Part shown: positions 1 to 7,904 of the stretch, piece by piece
Layout of the letters: every line of letters begins with the position of its first letter
How positions within the stretch are numbered: position 1 is the first letter of the stretch
Origin: an uncultured delta proteobacterium
GTDB lineage: Bacteria > Desulfobacterota > WTBG01 > CAIYCZ01 > CAIRTM01
Direction of reading: 5' to 3'
Assembly: GCA_903911225.1 (NCBI GenBank)
Contig: CAIWCT010000453.1
Span: forward strand, 1 to 55,449
DNA length: 55,449 nt
Made by a program: the position numbers and the translations under genes
The notes under the pieces: generated by a model
Seen by the model: the letters and a program-made list of their open reading frames with translations, nothing else
Databases searched by the model: none
What the model was told of the DNA's origin: nothing

Positions 1-271
1 GGGGGTGGGTCCACCAGGGCAGTATGCCTTTTTCAATCCACTGCCGCATGCCACTATTGTCATTTTGCACAAAAACAAAAGCATCCAGCTGCGAGTCGGG
101 CAGATTGGGAACGAAATGATGCTGCAGCGTAATGGTGCGCAGAAAATAATCATCAGCCGAAAGGCCGGTAAAAACCGCTGGCAGCAGCAGCAGAAAGCTG
201 CAGGCCACTATCAGGCCATAGGCGCGAGAGTCTTTCAGCCGCTCTGCCAGTATGCGCAAAAGTGTTTTCAT
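1..271 (-). CDS. Partial membrane protein, possibly GT-C-type glycosyltransferase-like; runs off the window edge
   Basis: Manual translation (not in ORF track): MKTLLRILAERLKDSRAYGLIVACSFLLLLPAVFTGLSADDYFLRT...GILPWWTHP; one TM helix followed by a DDY motif; no stop before the edge. Confidence 0.6.
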   Translation of the reverse strand, partial: MKTLLRILAERLKDSRAYGLIVACSFLLLLPAVFTGLSADDYFLRTITLQHHFVPNLPDSQLDAFVFVQNDNSGMRQWIEKGILPWWTHP

Positions 272-450
272 GCCTTGACGGCATCCCCTTTCCCGGGCTG
301 CACGAGCGCGGCTATTATATATGAGGGTCTAAAAGTACAATACACTGAACCTGCTTTGCTCAAAGGGTTACAAGGTCGGCCTGATGGCCCGGGATCTAAA
401 TACGGACAAACCCCCTGTCTGTTCGTATAGACTGCAGGTAAACATAACAC

Positions 451-1515
451 TTATGTCGTAATAATGTTTCGCAGAGCTTCAACAAAGGCTGTCATCTCGC
501 TATCCGAGCCGATGCTTACCCTAAGCCAGTTGTCTATGCGGGGAAGCTTAAAATACCGCACCAGCACCCCGCGCTGCCGCAGCTGTGTAAAAAGCGCCTG
601 AGCCGCAAAGCCCTGATGCGAGATAAAAATAAAATTGGCTGCAGAGGGAATCACTGTAAAGCCCAACGACTCAAGACTTTTTACGGTTTCCCCGCGGGTT
701 CTGATTATCTGTGCCGTAGTCTGGCGAAAACAGGGTTCATCCTCAAAAGCCGCCTGCGCCCCTGCCAGGGCAAGCCGGTCAAGGGTATAGGAATTTATAG
801 AATCTTTTACCCTGCACAGCCCTTCAATAAGGCCTTCATGCCCCAGAGCGAACCCCACCCGGAGCCCGGCAAGGGAGCGCGATTTTGACAGCGTCTGAAC
901 AACCAGCAGATTGTCATATTTTTTAACAAGCCCCACCGCTGACTCGCCTCCAAAATCAATGTAAGCCTCGTCAACAATGACTACGCTGTCAGGATTGTGC
1001 TGCAGGATGGCTTGGATCGCGGTCAGCTCAAGAAAACGGCCTGTAGGCGCATTTGGGTTTGCTATCAGTACGCCGCCGTTGGATTTAAAAAATTGTTTCA
1101 CAGGCATACGAAAGGCTTCGTCAAGTGGCACTGTTTCATACGGAACGCTGAAGAGCCTGCAGTATACGGGATAGAAACTGTAGGTAATATCTGCAAACAG
1201 GATGGGCGGGCCGCCGGGATTGAAAAAAGCAGGGAAGCAGAAGGCCAGCAGTTCATCCGAGCCGTTACCCACAAATACCTGCTGGTCAGACAAACCGAAA
1301 TAACGGGCTATGGTCTGTCGCAGCGAGCTGCAGGTTGGGTCGGGGTAGAGCCGCAAAGTATCATCGGCTGCGGACCGTATAGCCTCGAGCACCTTCGCGG
1401 ACGGCGGGTAGGGATTTTCGTTGGTGTTGAGCTTTATATATTTTTTGTCTTTCGGCTGCTCACCCGGCACATAGGGCTTAATTGAAGCCGCAAGCTGGCT
1501 CCAGTATCTGCTCAT
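451..1515 (-). CDS. hisC: Histidinol-phosphate aminotransferase
   Basis: PYVPGEQ, KLNTNENPY, GNGSDE, NPNAPTG, VDEAY, TLSKSRSLAGLRVG PLP-lysine motif. Confidence 0.95.
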   Translation of the reverse strand: MSRYWSQLAASIKPYVPGEQPKDKKYIKLNTNENPYPPSAKVLEAIRSAADDTLRLYPDPTCSSLRQTIARYFGLSDQQVFVGNGSDELLAFCFPAFFNPGGPPILFADITYSFYPVYCRLFSVPYETVPLDEAFRMPVKQFFKSNGGVLIANPNAPTGRFLELTAIQAILQHNPDSVVIVDEAYIDFGGESAVGLVKKYDNLLVVQTLSKSRSLAGLRVGFALGHEGLIEGLCRVKDSINSYTLDRLALAGAQAAFEDEPCFRQTTAQIIRTRGETVKSLESLGFTVIPSAANFIFISHQGFAAQALFTQLRQRGVLVRYFKLPRIDNWLRVSIGSDSEMTAFVEALRNIITT

Positions 1516-1947
1516 CTAGTATTCCCCTTTACATAGCAACGTGTCCCTGCATGCGCAACAGGCGCCGCGGGATGATTAGATAGCATGAATCAGGAGAGCA
1601 TACACTAGTATAAATTTGCAAACCTTTCTATAAAAAAATTCATACAAAGCACCGGTGAACGGCCTTATTTGATTTTACGGGTCGCCGCAGCTACAACAAC
1701 AACCATTAATGCCATAAATATTCATCTGTTTTTTTCGGGCAGCAAGCCGCACTTTAACAGATTGCACGTATACCCGACGCCTTGCCGCCCTTGTCAGAAC
1801 AGGGACAGAGTTATTGTGCAATAGGCATGGTCTATTTATCCCTTGATTTGCATAGATTTTTCTAATATTATCACTTTTCAAACAATGACATTGCACCATC
1901 AAAGAGTCCCTTTTTAGCTCTCTACTCTACACCACAAGGAGGTATCC

Positions 1948-2814
1948 ATGCTATCCTGTACAATTGTGAAGAAAATAATGCTTTTGGTTCTTGCCGGCTG
2001 TTGTATCTCTGCCGTGTGCTGCCAGTCATTCTGCCATGCTGCAGAGGGAAAAACCATTGAAGTCTTTGCCGGGGCTGCTTCAAAGCCGGCCACAGAGGAA
2101 GCGGCACAGCTTTTTGAAAAAAAGACTGGCATTCAGGTTCTTTTGCATTTCGGCGGCTCAGGGAAAATGCTTGCCGATATGAAACTGACCGGCAAGGGTG
2201 ACATCTTTTTCCCCGGCTCATCTGATTTTATGGAGCTTGCAAAAAAAGAGGGGCTTGTGCAGCCGCAAACAGAAGAGCGGCTTATTTATCTGCTTCCATC
2301 CATTAACGTGCCCAGGGGCAACCCTAAAAAAATACAAGCACTGGCGGATCTCGCCCGGCCGGGCGTGAGCATTGGCATAGGGCGGCCCGACACCGTCTGC
2401 GTGGGGCTCTATGCTGTTGAGATATTGGAGAAAAACGGTCTGGCCGCGACGGTGCGGCCCAATATCAAAACAAATGTGGAGTCTTGCGAAAAGGTAGCCC
2501 AGCTTGCAGCCCTCGGCATGGTCGATGCTGTTCTTGGCTGGAGCGTGTTTTCAAGCTGGAATCCCGATAAGATCGAGACGATAGCGCTTAAGCCCGCCGA
2601 GATACCCCGTATCGGCTATATCCCTATTGCGCTAAGCAGCGCTCCAAAAAACCCTGATGCAGCCCGGCAGTTTATAGCTTTTTTGAAGTCCGATGAGGGC
2701 CGGGCAATATTTAAAAAATGGGGCTATTTGGTGACAGAAGCTGATGCCAGAAAGTACGTACTGCCTGCAACGCCGGTCGGCGGAACCTGGGAGCTGCCGC
2801 AGTCGTGGCGCTGA
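1948..2814 (+). CDS. modA: Molybdate/tungstate ABC transporter substrate-binding protein
   Basis: Signal peptide, FAGAASKP, FGGSGKM, GDIFFPGS, VPRGNPKKI; RBS AAGGAGG. Confidence 0.88.
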   Translation: MLSCTIVKKIMLLVLAGCCISAVCCQSFCHAAEGKTIEVFAGAASKPATEEAAQLFEKKTGIQVLLHFGGSGKMLADMKLTGKGDIFFPGSSDFMELAKKEGLVQPQTEERLIYLLPSINVPRGNPKKIQALADLARPGVSIGIGRPDTVCVGLYAVEILEKNGLAATVRPNIKTNVESCEKVAQLAALGMVDAVLGWSVFSSWNPDKIETIALKPAEIPRIGYIPIALSSAPKNPDAARQFIAFLKSDEGRAIFKKWGYLVTEADARKYVLPATPVGGTWELPQSWR

Positions 2815-3599
2815 AAAATTCTTTTACCCTGTGCTTGATAGCCGCCGTTGCGGTTGCCGCAATGCTGGTGGTGGCGATTCTGGCATCCCAACTCTACTAT
2901 ATCGGACCGGCAAATCCCCTGCAGGCTCTTCTGCAGCCGGATGTGCGCAGCGCCATACTGCTGAGCCTGTATACGGCGACCGCGGCCTCGGGCCTGGGGC
3001 TTGCTCTGGCAATCCCTGCGGCCTATTTTCTTGCGCGCGCGAATTTGCCAGGCAAATCCATACTTGATGCTCTTCTTGATGTTCCGATTATCATGTCGCC
3101 GCTTGCTTTGGGCACTTCGCTGCTGCTGTTTTTTCGGACCCCGCCCGGTCAGTGGATTGAAGCAAATTTCATGGAATTTGTTTTTCAAGTGCCGGGCATC
3201 ATTCTTGCGCAGTTTTTTCTGGCCCTTGCCCTGTCAGTGCGGGTGCTCAAGGCAAGCTTTGAAGCGGTAGACATACGCTGCGAGCAGGTAGCGCGGTTTC
3301 TCGGTTGCACGCCCTGGCAGACATTTTGCCGGGTGACGCTGCCCATTGCTCGCAAAGGGATACTTGCGGCCTTCATTCTCTCCTGGGCCCGGTGCCTTGG
3401 CGATTTTGGCGCAGCGGTGACTCTGGCGGGAGCCGTTAAGGGCAAAACAGAGACCATACCCGTGAGCATTTACCTGAATATGGCCTCGGTTAATATCGAT
3501 AAGGCTGTGGCCCTGATGCTGCTCACAACACTTCTTGCCGTAGCCGTGCTGCTGGCCATTCGGGTTCTTGCAGCTGAAGGAGGCGCGGGCAGAGCATGA
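2805..3599 (+). CDS. modB: Molybdate/tungstate ABC transporter permease
   Basis: Multi-TM, LDVPIIMSP, EAA-like loop (EQVARFLG), SWARCLGDFGA; overlaps modA. Confidence 0.88.
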   Translation: MALKNSFTLCLIAAVAVAAMLVVAILASQLYYIGPANPLQALLQPDVRSAILLSLYTATAASGLGLALAIPAAYFLARANLPGKSILDALLDVPIIMSPLALGTSLLLFFRTPPGQWIEANFMEFVFQVPGIILAQFFLALALSVRVLKASFEAVDIRCEQVARFLGCTPWQTFCRVTLPIARKGILAAFILSWARCLGDFGAAVTLAGAVKGKTETIPVSIYLNMASVNIDKAVALMLLTTLLAVAVLLAIRVLAAEGGAGRA

Positions 3600-4753
3600 T
3601 CCGCATCGAAAACATGTCCGCCCGGTTTGGGACCTTCTGGCTCAGGAATATCAACCTGAACATCAAGCGCGGTGATTTTTTTCTGCTGCTGGGGCCGACA
3701 GGTGCCGGCAAGTCGCTGCTGCTGGAAACGATACTCGGTATAAAAAAGCCCGACAGGGGAAAGATACTGCTGGATGGACAGGACATCAGCAGACTGCCGC
3801 CCGAAGAGCGCGATATTGCCTATGTGCCCCAGGACCTCGGGCTTTTCCCCAATATGAGCCCGCTTGACAATATTCTTTTCGGCGCCCGGATTCGAAAAAT
3901 CGACAGCGAAACCATCCGTAGGCGGCTCGACTATCTGATCGAACATTTAAACCTGGGCCCGGTTATATCGCGCCCGAGCATTTTTACGCTCAGCGGCGGC
4001 GAAAAACAGCGTATCGCCTTTGCCCGGGCCATTATCACCAAACCCCGCGTGCTGTTTCTTGATGAACCGTTTTCAGCCCTTGATTCCTATATCAAGCGCG
4101 AGGTGCAGTTTCAGCTCAAGCGGCTGCAAAAGACTATCGACCTGACCATCTTTCATGTCACCCATGATCAGGAGGAGGCATTCCTCATGGCCGACTATAT
4201 GGCCGTCATGATCGGCGGCGCGATCGAGCAGCATGACCGGCCGGAGCAGTGCTACCGGGAGCCTGCCAATGAAACAGTGGCAAGCTTCCTGCTCATGCAA
4301 AACATTTTCGATGCCGACGTGCTGTCGGTTGATCACGAGTTGTCATGCGTTACCTGTGCGGCAAACGGCATCCGCTTTGAAATTATGAATCATAATCAGC
4401 TGCAGGTCGGAGCGAGCGTGAAGCTCGGGATCAGGCCCGAGGAGATCCTGTTTCTGACGCCGGGAAAACCGTTCAAGCCGGAAGTGCGGCACAATACCTT
4501 CCGCATGCGCGTTGAGGCGCTCTATAATCTCGGGAACAGGCGCCTCGTGCGGCTGGTGTTCGCCGATAGCGGCAGAACCCTGGATGCGACAGTCCATTAC
4601 CGTATCGGCAGAAGGTTTGAGCTGGCCGAGGGCCAGGAGACCTATATTCATCTTCGGCCACAGAGCTTCTGCCTGCTATCGGGCCATGCCCGCGGCAACG
4701 GTCAGGGAACTTCCAGCCTGGGGGGGGCAGCAGCAAATGAAAAGCTCGACTAG
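3596..4753 (+). CDS. modC: Molybdate/tungstate ABC transporter ATP-binding protein with TOBE-like C-terminus
   Basis: GPTGAGKS, LSGGEKQR, LFLDEPFS, HVTHD; ATGA overlap with the permease. Confidence 0.85.
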   Translation: MIRIENMSARFGTFWLRNINLNIKRGDFFLLLGPTGAGKSLLLETILGIKKPDRGKILLDGQDISRLPPEERDIAYVPQDLGLFPNMSPLDNILFGARIRKIDSETIRRRLDYLIEHLNLGPVISRPSIFTLSGGEKQRIAFARAIITKPRVLFLDEPFSALDSYIKREVQFQLKRLQKTIDLTIFHVTHDQEEAFLMADYMAVMIGGAIEQHDRPEQCYREPANETVASFLLMQNIFDADVLSVDHELSCVTCAANGIRFEIMNHNQLQVGASVKLGIRPEEILFLTPGKPFKPEVRHNTFRMRVEALYNLGNRRLVRLVFADSGRTLDATVHYRIGRRFELAEGQETYIHLRPQSFCLLSGHARGNGQGTSSLGGAAANEKLD

Positions 4754-5975
4754 CTATACGCAAGATCACCTGCATCGCTGGCATGTGCTGCAAATGGCAA
4801 TTGACGGTCATATTACCCTTCTTGAGGCAAGCAACCGGCTTGGCATAAGCTACCGGCAGGCCAAGCGGCTAAAAAGCGCCGTTGTCGTAAGCGGGCTTGC
4901 GGGGCTGCAGCACGGCAACCGCGGCAAGCGCTCATCGCGGGCCATAAACGATCATGAGCGCACGCGTATTCTGCATCTTGCCCGCACGCAGTATGCAGAC
5001 CTTAATGATACGCGGCTTACCGAGCGCCTGAAAAGCGAGCACGGCATCGGGCTCTCCCGCGAAACCATTAGAAGAATACTGCGCAGCGGCGGCATTAAAA
5101 GCGCCGCTGCCGGCAGCGGCGACATTCGCCTGCCCTGCTATACCAGCCAGGGGATGATGGTGCTGTGGGGCGGCATTGAAAAAAACTGGTTTGGAGATAC
5201 AAAAAGCTGCTTTATTGCCGCCGTCGATACGGCAACGCTGCGCTGTCTCGCAGCCCGCTTTTTTGACAGTCAAAGCACGCAGGGTTATCTCTGGCTCATG
5301 CGGGAAATCATGCGCACCTACGGCCTGCCCCGGGCTTTCTGCCAGCACAGCGGCAGCGCCGTGCGCCGCAGCGACAGCTCCTGGACTCTTGAGGAGGAAC
5401 TGCGCGGTGAGCGCGACCCCAGCCAGGTCGAGCGGGCGCTCCAGGCTTCGGGGATATCTCATTATCTTGAAAGCAAGCGCCGTATCATGAGCATGCCCGC
5501 CCTGTTTGAGTCCTTTCTTGCCGGACAGTTTGAGGGCCGGGAAATAACCGATAGTAAAGCGGCAAACAAACTGCTTGCGCAGGGCGTCATAGCGGCGTTC
5601 AACCGCACTCATGCCTGTCAGCCCCTCAACAGTGAGTCGGCCTGGCGGCCGGTGCCTGCGGGTGCTGATATTGAGCGCATCTGCAGTTTTTTTTATTCGG
5701 CAATCGTGCAGGCCAATAATAAAATCATGCTGGGTGAAATCACCATAGATGTGCCCCCCGGCAAGCAGCGCATTTCCTATGCGCGCACGCCGGTTGAAGT
5801 ACGGCAGCTGCTTGATGGTTCCTGGCGGGTGTATTATCAAAACAATATTATTGCGACCCACGACCCCACCCCGGTGCGGGAGCCTGTGCCGTGCCGAGGG
5901 CAGCGGCGCAGCAGCGATTCGGGCGCCATGAGCTGGATGTATGCCGTGCTGGATCACGGCAGCAGCTGTGATTAA
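4737..5975 (+). CDS. ISNCY/IS1202-like transposase derivative: intact ORF and HTH, degenerate DDE core
   Basis: LGISYRQAKRLK...GLQHGNRG, LSRETIRRIL, VDTAT, YGLPRAF, VEVRQLLDGSWRVYY match the family layout; the catalytic D/D/E positions are replaced; ATG at 4737 after a G-rich RBS, overlapping the end of modC. Confidence 0.8.
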   Translation: MKSSTSYTQDHLHRWHVLQMAIDGHITLLEASNRLGISYRQAKRLKSAVVVSGLAGLQHGNRGKRSSRAINDHERTRILHLARTQYADLNDTRLTERLKSEHGIGLSRETIRRILRSGGIKSAAAGSGDIRLPCYTSQGMMVLWGGIEKNWFGDTKSCFIAAVDTATLRCLAARFFDSQSTQGYLWLMREIMRTYGLPRAFCQHSGSAVRRSDSSWTLEEELRGERDPSQVERALQASGISHYLESKRRIMSMPALFESFLAGQFEGREITDSKAANKLLAQGVIAAFNRTHACQPLNSESAWRPVPAGADIERICSFFYSAIVQANNKIMLGEITIDVPPGKQRISYARTPVEVRQLLDGSWRVYYQNNIIATHDPTPVREPVPCRGQRRSSDSGAMSWMYAVLDHGSSCD

Positions 5976-5990
5976 TTCGGCTGCTCACAA

Positions 5991-6036
5991 AGGTGACATT
6001 TTTATGTTGCCGCAGTTGCAGTGCTGACCGTTGACA
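5991..6036 (+). mobile_element. Possible remnant right end of an ISNCY/IS1202-like element
   Basis: AGGTGACATTTTTATGTTGC...TTGACA just after the transposase stop resembles my recollection of family termini; no matching left end seen. Confidence 0.4.
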
Positions 6037-6071
6037 GTGCACGAGCACGAGGCTATATGAATGTTTATATA
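6031..6071 (+). promoter_or_regulatory. Candidate sigma70 promoter overlapped by a ModE-like box
   Basis: TTGACA 6031-6036, 17 nt, TATATG (imperfect -10); TATAT-N7-TATAT at 6054-6070 fits the E. coli ModE core TATAT-N7-TAYAT. Confidence 0.45.
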
Positions 6072-6133
6072 TAAACTGCGTTTTTCAGGCGCAGATAAAT
6101 GATTAAAGGAAGCAAAAGGCGCACCAGATACAT

Positions 6134-6234
6134 ATTCTACAAGCCGTCCGTTCTAAAAACCCCTGCGGTTGCGAACAGAAGGCCCATGGGTATGGCAGCT
6201 AAGCGCCATACCTCCGGTGGCGAAAAGGAGAAAT
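6134..6234 (+). ncRNA. Candidate Moco/tungsten-cofactor riboswitch aptamer (divergent, short form)
   Basis: TTCTACAAGCC..CTAAAA..TGCGGT..GGC..GGGTATGGC-loop-GCCATACCTCCGGT..AAAGGAG follows the order of Moco motif elements; lies in the 5' leader of a molybdoenzyme operon. Confidence 0.5.
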
Positions 6235-6258
6235 TGGTTCGTGCATGTAAACAAACGA

Positions 6259-6300
6259 ACCGTTCCTGTGTCGTCACGGGGTTGGTGTTTTTGTTATTTA
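6259..6300 (+). terminator. Leader terminator/attenuator hairpin (candidate expression platform)
   Basis: CCTGTG-TCGT-CACGGG stem followed by a T-rich run; competing hairpin GGTTCGT/ACGAACC upstream. Confidence 0.4.
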
Positions 6301-6421
6301 ATTGTTAATGAGCGATAAAAACCATAAACAAAAGCTGCGAAAGGAGGTGGTCGGGACAGAAAGCCCTTAATCTGGTAGAAACCGAGTAAAGCTTAAACTA
6401 ATTAATATGGAGGTTTAACTT

Positions 6422-7291
6422 ATGGCCAGTAGTCGAATACTGCCGGAATTCGAGCTGCTGATACCCCAGAGCATAAAGGAAGCTGTTGATTTGCTTGGCA
6501 AATTAAAGAACAAGGCTTCCGTGATGGCTGGTGGTACCGATGTAGTCATCTCGTGCACCAAGGGATTTGGCAGCCCCAATGTTATCAGTCTTGCTGAAAT
6601 CCCCGCTCTTGACTATGTCGAGTACGACAGCAAAAGTGGGCTGCGCATCGGCGCAATGGCGACCCTGCAACAGGTTGCCGATAATGCCGACGTGCAGAAA
6701 AGATATCCCGCTCTGTGGAAATCAGCAGCCATTAACGGCACACCCCAGACACGCAATATGGGCACCGTTGTTGGCAATATCATGCGCGCTTCCCCCTCAG
6801 GGGACTGCATTTGCGCGATCCTCGCGATCGGCGGCAAAGTGGTTCTTCGCGGATCCAAGGGCAAGCGGGAAGTCAGCATTGATGACTTTTACATTAAATA
6901 TCGGGAAACGGCTTGCAAAAGCGATGAGCTTGCCGTTGAAATCAAAATTCCAGCTCCTGCCGCAGGCTCCTGTAACGCCTTTGCACGCATGACCCGCACC
7001 ACCCTTGATCTTTCCAAGGTCAATGTCGCCGTGCGCCTGGACATGTCGGGCAAGACCGTGAAGGAAGCGCGTGTTGCCATCGGCGCAGTAGCGCCGACCA
7101 CCATTCGGCTGAAAAAAGTCGAGGCGCTCCTGAAAGGCAAGCAGATTACCGATGATGTTCTCCAGAAGATTGTTGAAACAGTCCCCACGGAAATTAAGCC
7201 CATTGATGATGTTCGCTCCACGGCAGAGTACCGCCGCGATGTAGCAGGCATCATGGTCAAGCGCATAATTCTTGAAGCACTGGGAAAGTAA
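6422..7291 (+). CDS. Xanthine dehydrogenase family FAD-binding (medium) subunit
   Basis: AGGTD, RIGAMATL, PQTRNMGTVVGNI, PIDDVRSTAEYR. Confidence 0.93.
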   Translation: MASSRILPEFELLIPQSIKEAVDLLGKLKNKASVMAGGTDVVISCTKGFGSPNVISLAEIPALDYVEYDSKSGLRIGAMATLQQVADNADVQKRYPALWKSAAINGTPQTRNMGTVVGNIMRASPSGDCICAILAIGGKVVLRGSKGKREVSIDDFYIKYRETACKSDELAVEIKIPAPAAGSCNAFARMTRTTLDLSKVNVAVRLDMSGKTVKEARVAIGAVAPTTIRLKKVEALLKGKQITDDVLQKIVETVPTEIKPIDDVRSTAEYRRDVAGIMVKRIILEALGK

Positions 7292-7334
7292 TTAACGGAC
7301 TATTTCACAACAAAAACTCAAGGAGATATACATC

Positions 7335-7889
7335 ATGAAAAAACGAGCAATAACTCTTACGATAAATGGGGAGGAGTATAATTTGAACGTACCCGTTCAT
7401 TATACCCTTCTTCAGGTCATGAGGGATCAGCTGAACCTGACTGACGTTAAATACGGCTGCGGCCGCGGTGAGTGCGGCGCCTGCACGGTGCTGCTGGATG
7501 TGGGAAAGGGCGGCATGCAATGCAAGCCCACCGATAAAAAAACAACCTACTGCACCATGTCGCAGAGCAAACGTAAACCCATTCTTGCCTGTATAGCTCT
7601 TGCCGCCACCATGGATGGCAAAAGCATTACGACGGTCGCAGGCCTTGCCCAAAACGGCGATCTGCACCCCGTCCAGAAGGCCTTTGTCGATGAAAGCGCC
7701 ATACAATGCGGCTTCTGCACGCCGGGCATGGTTCTCAAGGCAGTCTCAATTCTTGAGAAAAATCCCAAGCCCTCGGAAGAGGAAATCCGGAACGGTCTGG
7801 AAGGCAATATCTGCCGCTGTACCGGATATGTAAAAATTGTCAAAGCTGTTCAGGTGGCTAGTAAAAAAACAGCCACCGGCAAGCGATAG
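7335..7889 (+). CDS. Xanthine dehydrogenase family 2x[2Fe-2S] (small) subunit
   Basis: KYGCGRGECGACTVL, QCGFCTPG, GNICRCTGY. Confidence 0.95.
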   Translation: MKKRAITLTINGEEYNLNVPVHYTLLQVMRDQLNLTDVKYGCGRGECGACTVLLDVGKGGMQCKPTDKKTTYCTMSQSKRKPILACIALAATMDGKSITTVAGLAQNGDLHPVQKAFVDESAIQCGFCTPGMVLKAVSILEKNPKPSEEEIRNGLEGNICRCTGYVKIVKAVQVASKKTATGKR

Positions 7890-7904
7890 GAAAGGAGGAA
7901 CAGC

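Noticed and set aside
5-430. 141-aa plus-strand ORF
   Set aside because: Shadow of the minus-strand membrane protein; no recognisable features
4512-4736. N-terminal extension of the transposase-like ORF
   Set aside because: Lies deep inside modC; family similarity starts at ATG 4737
4932-5957. 341-aa antisense ORF (likewise 8901-9938, 13128-14120, 21545-22612, 38857-39906)
   Set aside because: Typical antisense shadows of GC-rich genes with no motifs
4737-6036. Active insertion sequence
   Set aside because: No catalytic triad, left inverted repeat or target-site duplication visible
6099-6308. 69-aa ORF in the xdh leader
   Set aside because: No RBS, and it overlaps a structured leader better explained as RNA
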